NCBI RefSeq assembly: GCF_044704955.1
Contig: NC_091987.1
Location: 25,978,001-26,042,000 of the forward strand
Length of the DNA stretch: 64,000 bases
DNA from: Pristiophorus japonicus
Lineage: Eukaryota
Reading direction: 5' to 3'
Positions 46,201-57,896 of the stretch are shown one piece after another. Numbering within the stretch: the first letter of the stretch is position 1; each line of letters starts with the position of its first letter. A model generated the notes under the pieces. The model was not told the DNA's origin and searched no databases. It worked only from the letters and a program-made list of their open reading frames with translations. Made by a program: the position numbers and the translations under genes.

Positions 46201-49200
46201 GTTGTTGACGCCCTCCGGATCCGAGACGAGAGAGCCGTCGTCGGCCAGCAGCGTCAAGAGCTGCTTACGGACACTCTGCCTTTTTTCCAGCGAGTAGAAG
46301 AAGGGGGAGCCGCGGTCCAGATCCCGCAGGAACCGGATCCGCGACCTCACGAATGCGCCTCGGGACCCGACGAGCTGCAGGTCCTTCAGCGCGGCCTTCT
46401 TCGCTTCGTACATCGTCCGCAGTGCCGGGTCCTGGACGACTTGACCGAGACGGGATTCCAGGTCGAGCACCTCTTTTTCTATGCGCCCGACCCTGGCCGC
46501 CCGCCTCTTGGTCGACCCCCTCGCGTACCCTTGACAGAAGACGCGGACGTGAGCCTTGCCCACGTCCCACCATAGCCTCAAAGAGGGGAAGCCCCCCTGC
46601 TTCCTTCTCCAGTTGGACCAGAATCGACGGAACGAGTCCTGGAACCGCACGTCCTCCAGCAGCTGGTTGTTAAAGTGCCAGTACGCGGAACCCGTCCTCG
46701 CGCGGAGCGAAGCGAGCTCCGCCCACACCAGGTGGTGGTCCAAACACGGCACCGGCCGCATGGAGGCCGCCGGGACGCAGGAATCGTACGCCCGAGACAC
46801 GTAAAGGCGGTCGACTCTAGACCATCCTACTCCAGGCCTCACCCAAGTAAAGGCGCTGGAGTCGGGGTGGAGATTTCGCCAGACGTCCACCAAGTCGAAG
46901 GACCCGACCAGGTCCCTCAACTTCTCCATCGCCGTAATGCACTGCGGGGCACCGGAGCAGTCCCTCGCCTCGAGCGTGCAGTTAAAATCCCCCCCGAGGA
47001 CAATGCAGTCGCCGACGTCGACGGAGCCAAGAAGAGCGGACACCTCTTCAAAGAAGCGCGTTTGCTGCCGGCCGGGCTGAGGGGCGTACACGTTCACGAG
47101 ATGGAGCGGCACGTCCCCCAGGCGAACCGTTACGTGCAGCAAGCGGCCTGGCACGGGCTCCTCAACCCCCAAGATCTCCGGCTGAAAATGCGGGCCCAGC
47201 AAGATGGCCACCCCACTAGAAATGGCGGTGAGGTGGCTCATGTGGACCTCTCCTTGCCATTCCAGGAGCCACGTGGCTTCGTCTCCCGGAACGGTGTGGG
47301 TTTCTTGCAGGAAGCACACCGCATATTTCCCCTCCCGCAGGAGCGAAAAATTGTCAAATCTACGGCGTGCCCCTCTGCCGCCGTTGATGTTGAGGCTGGC
47401 TATGGTTATCTTCATGACTAGAGCATAGTGCAACCTCTACCTTAACCTATTGTGGGGGAGGAGTGGAGTCGTTTGTTGACCTCCACTCCTTCAGCAGCCC
47501 AGCGAGGAACTTTTTGAGCCGGCGCAGCTCAAGGCCCTGAGCCTTTGATTAGGGCCCGCCCGCGGCCATGGTTTTAGCGGCGGCGCGGACGGACGCGACG
47601 AGCAGCCCCGGCTCGGAATATCTTTCCAGGGCCAGACGGGCTTGGTCGCGGCGACCCCGGCACTGGACCAAAAAGTCCCGGAGTTCCTCTACGGGAATGA
47701 GGAGGGTCTCAGTGGCGGCCGCGAGCAGATCCACCGCCTCACTGGCGATGGACTCGAGATCTTCACCCGCGTCCTCCACCGAGTCCCCATCCCCCTCCGG
47801 GAGGTCGCCGCTAGCAGCCGGCCCGTCGACCGCACGAGGTACGGCAAATGGCCCGGCCGCTCCATCTGGCCCTGGCTCTGCCCCGATCCCACCCCCAGGA
47901 TCGTCGGCAGAGGAGTCCCCACTGGGCTCTTTTAAAATTGGTGCTGGGTCGGGAAGCGACAGCGGAAGGGGTTCCCCCTCTGCCCCAGGAACCGGGGAAC
48001 AGGGAGAGACCTGGTCAAAGTAATGTTCCAGGTCCTCCAATTCCCCCAGCTCCACAGTAGGGGGCGAGGGTTGTTGTTCTTCTCCCTCCCCGCCGCCACC
48101 CCCCAGCCCAGCGTGTACGGATTCAATAAAATTGGCATTTTCAGAGTCAGGCAAATCCCGGGGGAAGTTGGGTATTGGCTGGGCGGGCTCAGGTTCGGCC
48201 TTTTCGGCCCCGCCCGCCTCAGTCCCCGGGACGCTCGACCCGGCGGCTACGCATTCCTCCGCTGGCCCCACGCCCCCCACGACAGGCAGATCTTCCACGC
48301 CATCCCCAGGAGGCAGCGGCTGGGCAGCCTCGACTGCCTCTCCCTCCCCGGGGACAGACTCCTCGCGCCTGCAGCGCAATTTGGGGGCGCTGGTGGGGGA
48401 CGAGGGACACGCGGCGGTCACCGCCTCCTCCGCGGAGGGATGTTGTTCCCCCTCCGCCTCATTGGGGCGGTGCCTCTTTTTGTTCCTGGGGGTGCGCGAA
48501 GGCAGGGAGACCTCCCGCTCCGCCCCCCCCTTTTCCTTTTCTTGCCCGCGCCCGGGCCCCTCTGCGGTATTGGTCAAGGGCTCAGGCACGGGCTCAGGGC
48601 ACCCCGCGCTCGCCGGTGACGGGGTTGGGCTGAGCGCGGTGGTCAAATTTTCTGGCACACTGAGGGGATCCGCCTCTGGATGTTTTGCCTTTTTCTGCGC
48701 CTTCTTTCCGGTCGGACGCTCTCCCTCCCCCCCGCCAGAGGCCGTGAAATCATCGGCCCCCGGCGATGCCCGCGCACCTATGGCTCCCGGCACGCGGACG
48801 CAACTAGGGGGAGGGGTGTTGGCGGCGCCAGCCTTGGCCGCCTTCGGTGGTTTGGCGGCCTTGGAGACGGGGCAGTTCTTGCGAATGTGCCCCACCTCCC
48901 TGCAGGCATGGCACCGCACGCCGTCCGACGTCCAAAAGACGCGGTAGGCAGTCCCCTCGTGCACCACATTAAAATAACCCTCCGTCGTCTCCTCCCGCGC
49001 CAGCCGGACAAAGAGCTGGCGGCGGAAGGAGAACACGTGGCGCAGGCTGTTCTCCCGGAGGCCAAGCGGTATGGGGTTGATCCCCGACCTTACCTCCCCC
49101 AGTTGGTGTAGGTGAGGGAGGAGGAGCTCAGCGGGAACAAAGGGCGGGACGTTCGATATGATGACCCTCTGCGCGGTGGCCTCGAGAGGATCCACCGGCA

Positions 49201-50448
49201 GGAACGTCCCGCCCACCGTGAGCCCCTTTTCGAGGGCCAGGGACACCGCCCGCTCCGACCCCAGGAATAACACGGCCTTCCCAGACATCTTGGAGGCTGC
49301 GACAATGACCGAGGGGCCGACTACCCCAGCCATCGCCCGCACGCACTCCTCAATGCTCATTGTGGGGTGAGTGTAGCTCTTGACCCCGTGTTTTTTGGTT
49401 ATTAGTTTGAATGGTGGCAGGGCAGCAGGTGGCGCAGGAGGCACCGTGGATGTGGATGCCGCCTGCGCATAAGTCCTAGCTGGCCCTGCCACCGGCGTGG
49501 ATGGGGTCGCCATCACGGGGTCCCTTTAAGGGCTACACCCACCCCAAAGTCACAGGCCTTAATGGTCTTAATTGGCCTCTTGTCTAAAGACTGAGCAGAG
49601 GAGCCCTTAACGAGGCACACCTCTCCCTTAGTTGGCAATTGGGGAGGGGCCTTGCTCCCTCTGCTCAGTTGTCTCAATTGTTTTTTTTTTAAATTAATTT
49701 GGGAGGAAAAGGGCTCTCAGAGAGAGAGGGGCGAAACAGAGAATAACAGAGAAAGAGAGAGGGGGGTGGGAAGGGGGGGGGAACTGCGAGGGCAGGTCTC
49801 CCCTCGCAGCTGTGGGTGGGTGCACTCCCCAGATGGCAAAACACACAAGCACAGTCTTTGGGTTGGTCTTTAGGTGGGGGGAGAAGATGTCTTCACCTGG
49901 GCCAGCTAGAGCCACCAGGCACACACTCCTAACGATATTCAATTGGTGATTTAAAGAAATCTTCAGCCTGGTAGCTCCAGCTAACCCAGGCTAGGCAATG
50001 GGGGGGAGGGGGGTCCAATTGTGGGGGGGGCCTAGTTGTAAGCAAGGCCCCCACACACACTTCCACACACACACACCCCCCGCGATGTTCCGGCCCTCAG
50101 TGGTCTTCTTTCCTCCCCCCACCGATACAACAAAGTCTTTTTGGGAAATGCACCCACACCCACCTGTAGAAATGGTAGAGTCTCCCTCCTTCCACACTGG
50201 ATGTTTGTTGTGGTCTTTCCCCCTCTCTCCAACTCTTTGTAGAAATGGTAAAAGATGTTAAAAGTTTTCTGCTTTTCCTCCTCTCCCTCTGGGTGAAAGT
50301 TGGTGGTGAAGCCCCTTCCTTCCTTCTCTTCCTGGGCTGTTCTCAGGGCTCTCCAGGCCTTCCCAACAGGAGCTAAGGTTGGTAGCTGCTCCTCTCTCAG
50401 CAGCAGGGCTCCACTTTAATAGGCCACGCCTCCACTGCTCCAGCATTG
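43294..50448 (-). mobile_element. Tx1-clade non-LTR retrotransposon, copy 2 (full length, decayed, variant ORF1)
   Basis: ORF1 47549-49513 with a premature stop; ORF2 43523-47415 broken by several frameshifts. Confidence 0.93.
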
Positions 50449-50459
50449 GTGCATGAAAC

Positions 50460-53400
50460 TCTTTTGAGTTTACCTGCAAAACATAAAACATTAAGACCAT
50501 GCCACCCGACCTGGGTGACACAGCAGACATTTTCAAGGCCCCTTTTTTTTAAATTATTTTTTTGGGTTTTTTTTTTGGGGCGCTAAAATCAAATTTTCCC
50601 AGTGCCCCCTATAAAAGGGGAGGGGGACACTAAAAGCACCGGCAATTAAAACAAATTAAACTTTAAAACGTAAAATCAAATTAAAATTTGGTTGCCGGGC
50701 GTGATGATGCACTCCAGTCCCTCCGGTGCCCACCTCTCACGGAAGGCCGCGAGCGTACCGGTGGACACCGCGTGCTCCATCTCCAAGGACACCCTGGACC
50801 GGATGCAAGAGCGGAAGAGAAGCAGGCAGTCAGGTTGAACGACCCCCTCGACCGCCCGCTGCCTGGACCGGCTGATGCCACCCTTGGCCGTGCCCAGGAG
50901 CAGTCCTACGAGGAGGCCTTCGGACCTACCCGCTCCCCTCCGCACAGGGTGCCCAAAGATTAGGAGAGTGGGACTGAAGTGCAGCCAGAATTTCAGGAGC
51001 AGCCCCTTCAAATAGTGGAACAGGGGCTGCAACCTTGTGCATTCAATAAAAACATGGAACACGGACTCCTCCAGACCGCAGAAATTGCAGGCGGCCTGGG
51101 AGTCCGTGAACCGGCTTAAAAATTTATTGCACGGCACTGCTCCGTGCACCACCCTCCAGGCCAAGTCCCCGATGAATAGTGGGAGGACCCCTGCGTAGAG
51201 TGCCCTCCATCGGGGACCCCCGCCTCCTCAGGACGGCAAGATGGTATGCCATGGCGTGTCCGGACGGCCGGCGAGGATGGCAAAGTTGAGGGTGTGCAGG
51301 AGCAGCCCGTACAGGAAACCCCTCCGCGCGGAACTGAAAGGCACGGAGGGGATTTCCCCGAGGCGGCTCAAGTTGTGAGGCGCCGGCCCCCGAGGGAGGT
51401 TCCGGGGTTTGGCGCCGATGAGGAATTCCGTCCGGACGGGGGTCAGTTCGGACGGGATCTCCCCACGTGCCTGAGCCTCCTCGATGCACCTAACGGAGTC
51501 AGGGCCCAGAGCTGTTTTTAGCGACTCGATGGCATCGGCCGCGCGGCGGACGTTGGCAGAATTTAGGCGCCGCGCCAGCGTGACTGGCGCCATCCAGCCC
51601 GCTCCTCCGCCATCGAGCAGGTCCCTGACCCTGGTCACCTCACCAGCCACAGCCCTCTCTTCCGACCGCCACATGAAGCCTCGGCCGTGGAGGTACGGAT
51701 TCCCGAGCAGCGGTTCCTGCAGGACGGCCGCCACTCCAGCCGGCGGAGAGCTGCGCTTGGTGGAGACTTTGTTCCAGACCCTGATGAGTTCCCTGTAAAA
51801 GACAGGCAGCTCCCGGAGGGCGGTCCTGGCACCCCCCAAGTTCACAAACAGGAGCTGCGTGTCATAATTGAGGTCGAGCTGCTGGCGGAAGAAATACCTC
51901 GCCAGAGCACACCACCTAGGAGGGGGCTCGACGTAAAGGTATCTCTGCAGGGTCTGAAGACGGAAAGTCGCGAGCTGGGCGCTGACGCACACCAACGACT
52001 GACCGCCCTCCTCAAGCGGGAGACTCAAGACCGCGACAGAGACCCAGTGCTTCCTGTTGTTCCAGAAGAAGTCCACCAGCTTCTTCTGTATCTTGGCGAC
52101 AAACGCAGGGGGAGGGGTCAAAGTGACCAGCCGGTACCACAGCATTGCGGCCACCAGCTGGTTTATGACTAGCGCTCGACCCCTGTAGGACAGCACTCGG
52201 AGCAGTCCTGTCCAGCGCCCTAGGCGAGCGGCGACCTTGGCCTCCAGCTCCTGCCAGTTCGCCGGCCAGGCTTCCTCGTCGGGGCTAAGGTAGACTCCCA
52301 GATAGAGGAGATGGGTCGTGCTCCAGGCAAAAGGCCTGAGCTCCTCCGGCAGGGAGTCCACCCGCCACTGACCCACCAGGAGTCCGGAACATTTCTCCCA
52401 GTTGATCCTGGCGGAGGACGCGGCCGAGTAAATCTCCTGGCACTCACGCATCCTCCGCAGGTCAGCGGGATCCTCTACCGCGAGGAGCACGTCATCGGCG
52501 TAAGCCGAGAGGACGACCTCCACGCCCGGCCCTTGCAGAGCCAGTCCCGTCAACCTCGTCCGCAAGAGGCGCAGGAAAGGCTCCACGCAAACGGCGTATA
52601 ACTGGCCGGACATGGGGCATCCCTGGCGCACCCCTCTCCTAAAGCGAAGGGGCGCCGTCAAGGACCCGTTAACCTTAATCAGACACTCCGCGGCGGCGTA
52701 CAAAAGTCGGATCCGGGCGACGAAATGCGTCCCGAACCCGAAAGCGCGCAGAGTTCCGAGCAGATAGTCGTGATCCACCCTGTCGAACGCCTTCTCTTGG
52801 TCGAGGGATAGGAAGGCGACCGACAGACCAGCCTCCTGGGAGCAATGGATGAGGTCCCGGACCAGATGGATGTTGTCGTGGATCGTCCGGCCCGGGACCG
52901 TGTATGACTGGTCGGGGTGGATCATGTGGTCCAGCACGGCACCAAGGCGAGCAGACATCGCCCTGGCGAAAATTTTGTAGTCCGTGCTGAGGAGGGAGAC
53001 CGGGCGCCAGTTCTTAAGGAGGCGGAGATCGCCCTTCTTAGGCAGCAGGACGATGACTGCCCTGCGCCAAGAGAGGGGCATCTCCCCGGTCGCCAGACTT
53101 TCCCCCAGGACCCGCGCGTAGTCGCTCCCCAGGACGTCCCAGAACGCCCTGTGGAACTCCACGGTCAGCCCGTCCAGCCCCGGGGATTTTCCCCTCGAGA
53201 GCCGGGCGAGGGCACCGGTCAGCTCCGCCAGGCTTAGCGGAGCTTCCAGATTTTCGGCGCCCTCCGGGCCGACCTTCGGCAGGTCCTCCCACAAAACTCT
53301 ACGCGCTTCCTCGCTGGACGGATCCGGAGAGAACAGAGCCCCGTAATATTCACGGACCCTGTTGTTGACGCCCTCCGGATCCGAGACGAGAGAGCCGTCG

Positions 53401-56400
53401 TCGGCCAGCAGCGTCAAGAGCTGCTTACGGACACTCTGCCTTTTTTCCAGCGAGTAGAAGAAGGGGGAGCCGCGGTCCAGATCCCGCAGGAACCGGATCC
53501 GCGACCTCACGAACGCGCCTCGGGACCCGACGAGCTGCAGGTCCTTCAGCGCGGCCTTCTTCGCTTCGTACACCGTCCGCAGGGCCGGGTCCTGGACGAC
53601 TTGACCGAGACGGGCTTCCAGGTCGAGCACCTCTTTTTCTAGGCGCCCGACTCTGGCCGCCCGCCTCTTGGTCGACCCCCTCGCGTACTCTTGACAGAAG
53701 ACGCGGACGTGAGCCTTGCCCACGTCCCACCATAGCCTCAAGGAGGGGAAGCCCCCCTGCTTCCTTCTCCAGTCGGACCAGAATCGACGGAACGAGTCCT
53801 GGAACCGCACGTCCTCCAGCAGCCGGTTGTTAAAGTGCCAGTACGCGGACCCCGTTCTCGCGCGGAGTGAAGCGAGCTCCGCCCACACCAGGTGGTGGTC
53901 CGAACACGGCACCGGCCGCATGGAGGCCGCCGGGACGCAGGAAACGTACGCCCGAGACACGTAAAGGCGGTCGACTCTAGACCATCCAACTCCAGGCCTC
54001 ACCCAAGTAAAGGCGCTGGAGTCGGGGTGGAGATTTCGCCAGACGTCCACCAAGTCGAAGGACCCGACCAGGTCCCTCAACTTCTCCATCGCCGTCATGC
54101 ACTGCGGGGCACCGGAGCGGTCCCTCGCCTCGAGGGTGCAGTTAAAATCCCCCCCGAGGACAATGCAGTCGCCGACGTCGACGGAGCCAAGAAGAGCGGA
54201 CACCTCTTCAAAGAAGCGCGTTTGCTGCGGGCCGGGATGAGGGGCGTACACGTTCACGAGATGGAGCGGCACGTCCCCCAGGCGAACCGTTACGTGCAGC
54301 AAGCGGCCTGGCACGGGCTCCTCGACCCCCAAGATCTCCGGCTGAAAATGCGGGCCCAGCAAGATGGCCACCCCACTAGAAATGGCGGTGAGGTGGCTCA
54401 TGCGGACCTCTCCTTGCCATTCCAGGAGCCACGTGGCTTCGTCTCCCGGAACGGTGTGGGTTTCTTGCAGGAAGCACACCGCATATTTCCCCTCCCGCAG
54501 GAGCGAAAAATTGTCAAATCTACGGCGTGCCCCTCTGCCGCCGTTGATGTTGAGGCTGGCTATGGTTATCTTCATGGCAAAAGCATAGTGCAACCTCTAC
54601 CTTAACCTATTGTGGGGGAGGGAGCGGAGTCTTTTGTTGAACTCCGCTCCCTCCGCAGCCCAGCGAGGAGTCCCTCGAGCTCGCGCAGCTCAAGGTGCTG
54701 CTCCTTTGTCAAGGGCCCGCCCGCGGCCAAGGTTTTAACGGCGGCGCGGACGGACCCCTTGATCAGCTCCGGCTCGGACCATTTTTCCAGGGCCAGTCGG
54801 GCTTGGTCGCGGCGACCCCGGCTCTGGGCCAAAAAGTCCCGGAGTTCCTTTGCAGGAACGAGGAGGGCCTCAGCGGCGGCCGCGAGCAGATCCACCGCCT
54901 CACTGGCGGTGGTCTCTAGGTCTTCACCCGCGTCCCCCACCGAGTCCCCGTCCTCCTCCGGGAGGTGGCCGCCAGCAGCCGGCCCATCGACCGCACAAGG
55001 TACGGCAAATGAACCGGCCGCTCCAACCGGCCCTGGCACTGCCCCGATCCCACCCCCAGGATCGTCGGCAGAGGAGTCCCCACTGGGCTCTTTTAAAAAT
55101 GGTGCTGGGTTGGGAAATGACAGCGGAAGGGGTTCCCCCTCCGCCCCAGGAACCGGAGAACAAGGAGAGACCCGGCCATAGGAAATCCCCAGGCCCTCCA
55201 AGTGCTCCAGCTCCAAAGTAAGGGGCGAGGGTGGGTGTTCCTCCCCCTCCCCGCTGCCACCCCCCGGCCCAGCATCTACAGTTTCATTAAAATCAATATA
55301 TTTTGTTTCTGCCGGGTCGAGCAACTCCCGGGGGAAGTTGGGTAATAGCTGGGCGGGCTCAGGTTCGGCCTTTTCGGCCTCGCCCGCCTCAGTCCCCGGG
55401 ACGCCCGGCCCGGCGGCTACGCATTCCTCCGCGGTCCCCACGCCCCCCACGACAGGCAGATCTTCCACTCCATCCCCGGGAGGCAGAGGCTGGGCAGCCT
55501 CAACTGTCTCACCCTCCCCGGGGAAAGACTCCTCGCGCCTGCAGCGCAATTTGGGGGCGCTGGTGGGGGACGCGGGACACGCGGCGGGCACCGACTCCTC
55601 CGCGGAGGGATATTGTTCCCCCTCCGCGTCATTGGGGCGGTGCCTCTTTTTGTTCCTGGGGGCGCGCGGAGTCAGGGAGACCTCCATGTCTGCCGAGGCC
55701 TCCCGCTCCGCCCCCCCCTTTTCCTTTTCTTGCCCGCGCCCGGGCCCCTCTGTGGTGTTGTTCAAGGGCTCGGGCACGGGCTCGGGGCACCCCGCGCTCG
55801 CCGGTGACGGGGTTGGGCTGAGCGCGGTGGTCAAATTATCCGGCGCACCGAGGGGACCCGCCTCTTGATGTTTTGTCTTCTTCCGCGCCTTCTTTCCGGT
55901 CGGACGCTCTCCCTCCCCCCCGCCGGAGGCCCTGAAAACAAAGGCCTCCGACGATGCCCGTGCACCCATGGCTCCCGGCACACGGACGCAACTAGGGGGA
56001 GGGGTGGCGGCGGCGCCAGCCTTGGCCGCCTTCGATGGTTTGGCGGCCTTGGAGGCGGGGCAGTTCTTGCGAACATGCCCCACCTCCCTGCAGGCATGGC
56101 ACCGCACGCCGTCCGACGTCCAGAAGACGCGGTAGGCAGTCCCCTCGTGCACCACATTAAAGTGCCCTTCTGTCATGTCCTCCCGCGCCAGCCGGACAAA
56201 GAGCTGGCAGCGGAAGGAGAACACGTGGCGCAGGCTGTTCTCCCTGAGGCCGAGCGGTATGGGGTTGATCCCTGACCTTACCTCCCCCAGTTGTTGTAGG
56301 TGAGGGAGGAGGAGCCCAGCGGGAACAAAGGGCGGGACGTTCGACACGATGACCCTCTGCGCGGTGGCCTCGAGAGGATCCACCGGCAGGAACGTCCCGC

Positions 56401-57629
56401 CCACCGTGAGCCCCTTTTCGAGGGCCAGGGACACCGCCCGCTCCGACCCCAGGAAGAAAACAGCCTTCCCAGACATCTTGGAGGCTGCGACAATGGCCGA
56501 GGGGCCGACTACCCCAGCCATCGCCCGCACGCACTCCTCGATGCTCATTGTGGGGTGAGTGTAGCTCTTGACCCCGTGTTTTTTGGTTATAAGTCTGAAC
56601 GGTGGCAGGGCAGCGGGTGGCGCAGGAGGGGCCGTGGAAGCGGTTGCCACCTGCGCATACGTCCTTGCTGGCCCCGCCACCGGCGTGGATGGGGTCGCCA
56701 TCACGGGGTCCCTTTAAGGGCTACACCCACCCCAAAGTCACAGGCCTTAATGGTCTTTAATGGCCTCGTATGTTAACTGAGCAGAGGAGCCCTTAACGAG
56801 GCACCTCTCCCCTCGTTGACAATTGGGGAGAGGCCTTGCTCCCTCTGCTCAGTTGTCTTAATTGTTTTTTTTTAAATTTGGAAGGAAAGGGTTCTCAGAG
56901 AGAGAGAGGAGAAACAGAGTAGCAGAGAAAGAGAGAGGGGGGTGGGAAGGGGGGGGCTGCGAGGGCAGGTCTCCCCTCGCAGCTGTGGGTGGGTGCACTC
57001 CCCAGATGGCAAAACACAAAAGTCTTTGGGGTGGTCTTCAGGTGGGGGGAGAAGATGTCTTCACCTGGGGTAGCTGGAGCCACCAGGCACTCCTAACGAT
57101 CTTTAATTGGGTGATTGAGAAAAACAAACAATCTTCAGCCTGGTAGCTCCAGCTATCCCAGGCTAGGCAAATGTGGGGGGGGGTGGGGGGGGTTCTCCAA
57201 TTGTGGGGGGGGGCCTAGTTGTAAGCAAGGCCCCCACACACACTACCACACACACACACACCCCCCGCGATGTTCCGGCCCTCAGTGGTCTTCTTTCCTC
57301 CCCCCACCGATACAACAAAGTCTGTTTGGGGAAATGCACCCACACCCACCTGTAGAATGTTGGGTCTCCCTCCTTCCACACTGGTTGGTTGTTGTGGTTT
57401 TTCCCCCTCTCTCCAACTCCTTGCAGGATGGTAAAGATGTTTAAAGTTTTCTGTTCTCCTCCTCTCCCTCTGGATAAAAGTTGAAGGTGAAGCCCCTTCC
57501 TTCCTTCTGTTCCTGGGCTGTTCTCAGGGCTCTCCAGGCCTTCCCAACAGGAGCTAAGGTTGGTAGCTGCTCCTCTCTCAGCAGCAGGGCTCCAATTTAA
57601 TAGGCCACGCCTCCACTGCTCCAGCATTG
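50460..57629 (-). mobile_element. Tx1-clade non-LTR retrotransposon, copy 3 (one nonsense codon in ORF2)
   Basis: ORF1 intact; ORF2 50676-54575 with GGA>TGA at 51228-51230. Confidence 0.95.
54602..56701 (-). CDS. Tx1 ORF1 protein (copy 3), CCHC zinc knuckle
   Basis: CHACREVGHVRKNC; translation appears identical to copy 4 ORF1. Confidence 0.9.
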   Translation of the reverse strand: MATPSTPVAGPARTYAQVATASTAPPAPPAALPPFRLITKKHGVKSYTHPTMSIEECVRAMAGVVGPSAIVAASKMSGKAVFFLGSERAVSLALEKGLTVGGTFLPVDPLEATAQRVIVSNVPPFVPAGLLLPHLQQLGEVRSGINPIPLGLRENSLRHVFSFRCQLFVRLAREDMTEGHFNVVHEGTAYRVFWTSDGVRCHACREVGHVRKNCPASKAAKPSKAAKAGAAATPPPSCVRVPGAMGARASSEAFVFRASGGGEGERPTGKKARKKTKHQEAGPLGAPDNLTTALSPTPSPASAGCPEPVPEPLNNTTEGPGRGQEKEKGGAEREASADMEVSLTPRAPRNKKRHRPNDAEGEQYPSAEESVPAACPASPTSAPKLRCRREESFPGEGETVEAAQPLPPGDGVEDLPVVGGVGTAEECVAAGPGVPGTEAGEAEKAEPEPAQLLPNFPRELLDPAETKYIDFNETVDAGPGGGSGEGEEHPPSPLTLELEHLEGLGISYGRVSPCSPVPGAEGEPLPLSFPNPAPFLKEPSGDSSADDPGGGIGAVPGPVGAAGSFAVPCAVDGPAAGGHLPEEDGDSVGDAGEDLETTASEAVDLLAAAAEALLVPAKELRDFLAQSRGRRDQARLALEKWSEPELIKGSVRAAVKTLAAGGPLTKEQHLELRELEGLLAGLRRERSSTKDSAPSPTIG

Positions 57630-57761
57630 GTGCATGAAACTCTTTTAGAGTCTACCTGCGAAAACATAAACATTAAACTGTGCCACCCGACCTGGGTGAC
57701 ACTCCAGACATTTACAAGGCCCATTTTTTTTTCCCCCCCTTTTTTGTGTTTTTTTTTTTTT

Positions 57762-57792
<31 letters not shown>

Positions 57793-57896
57793 TTTTTGGG
57801 CACTAAAATCACAATTTTTCCCCAGTGCCCCCTATAAAAGGGAAGGGGACACTAAAAGCACCGGCAATTAAAACAAATTAACTTTAAAACGTAAAA

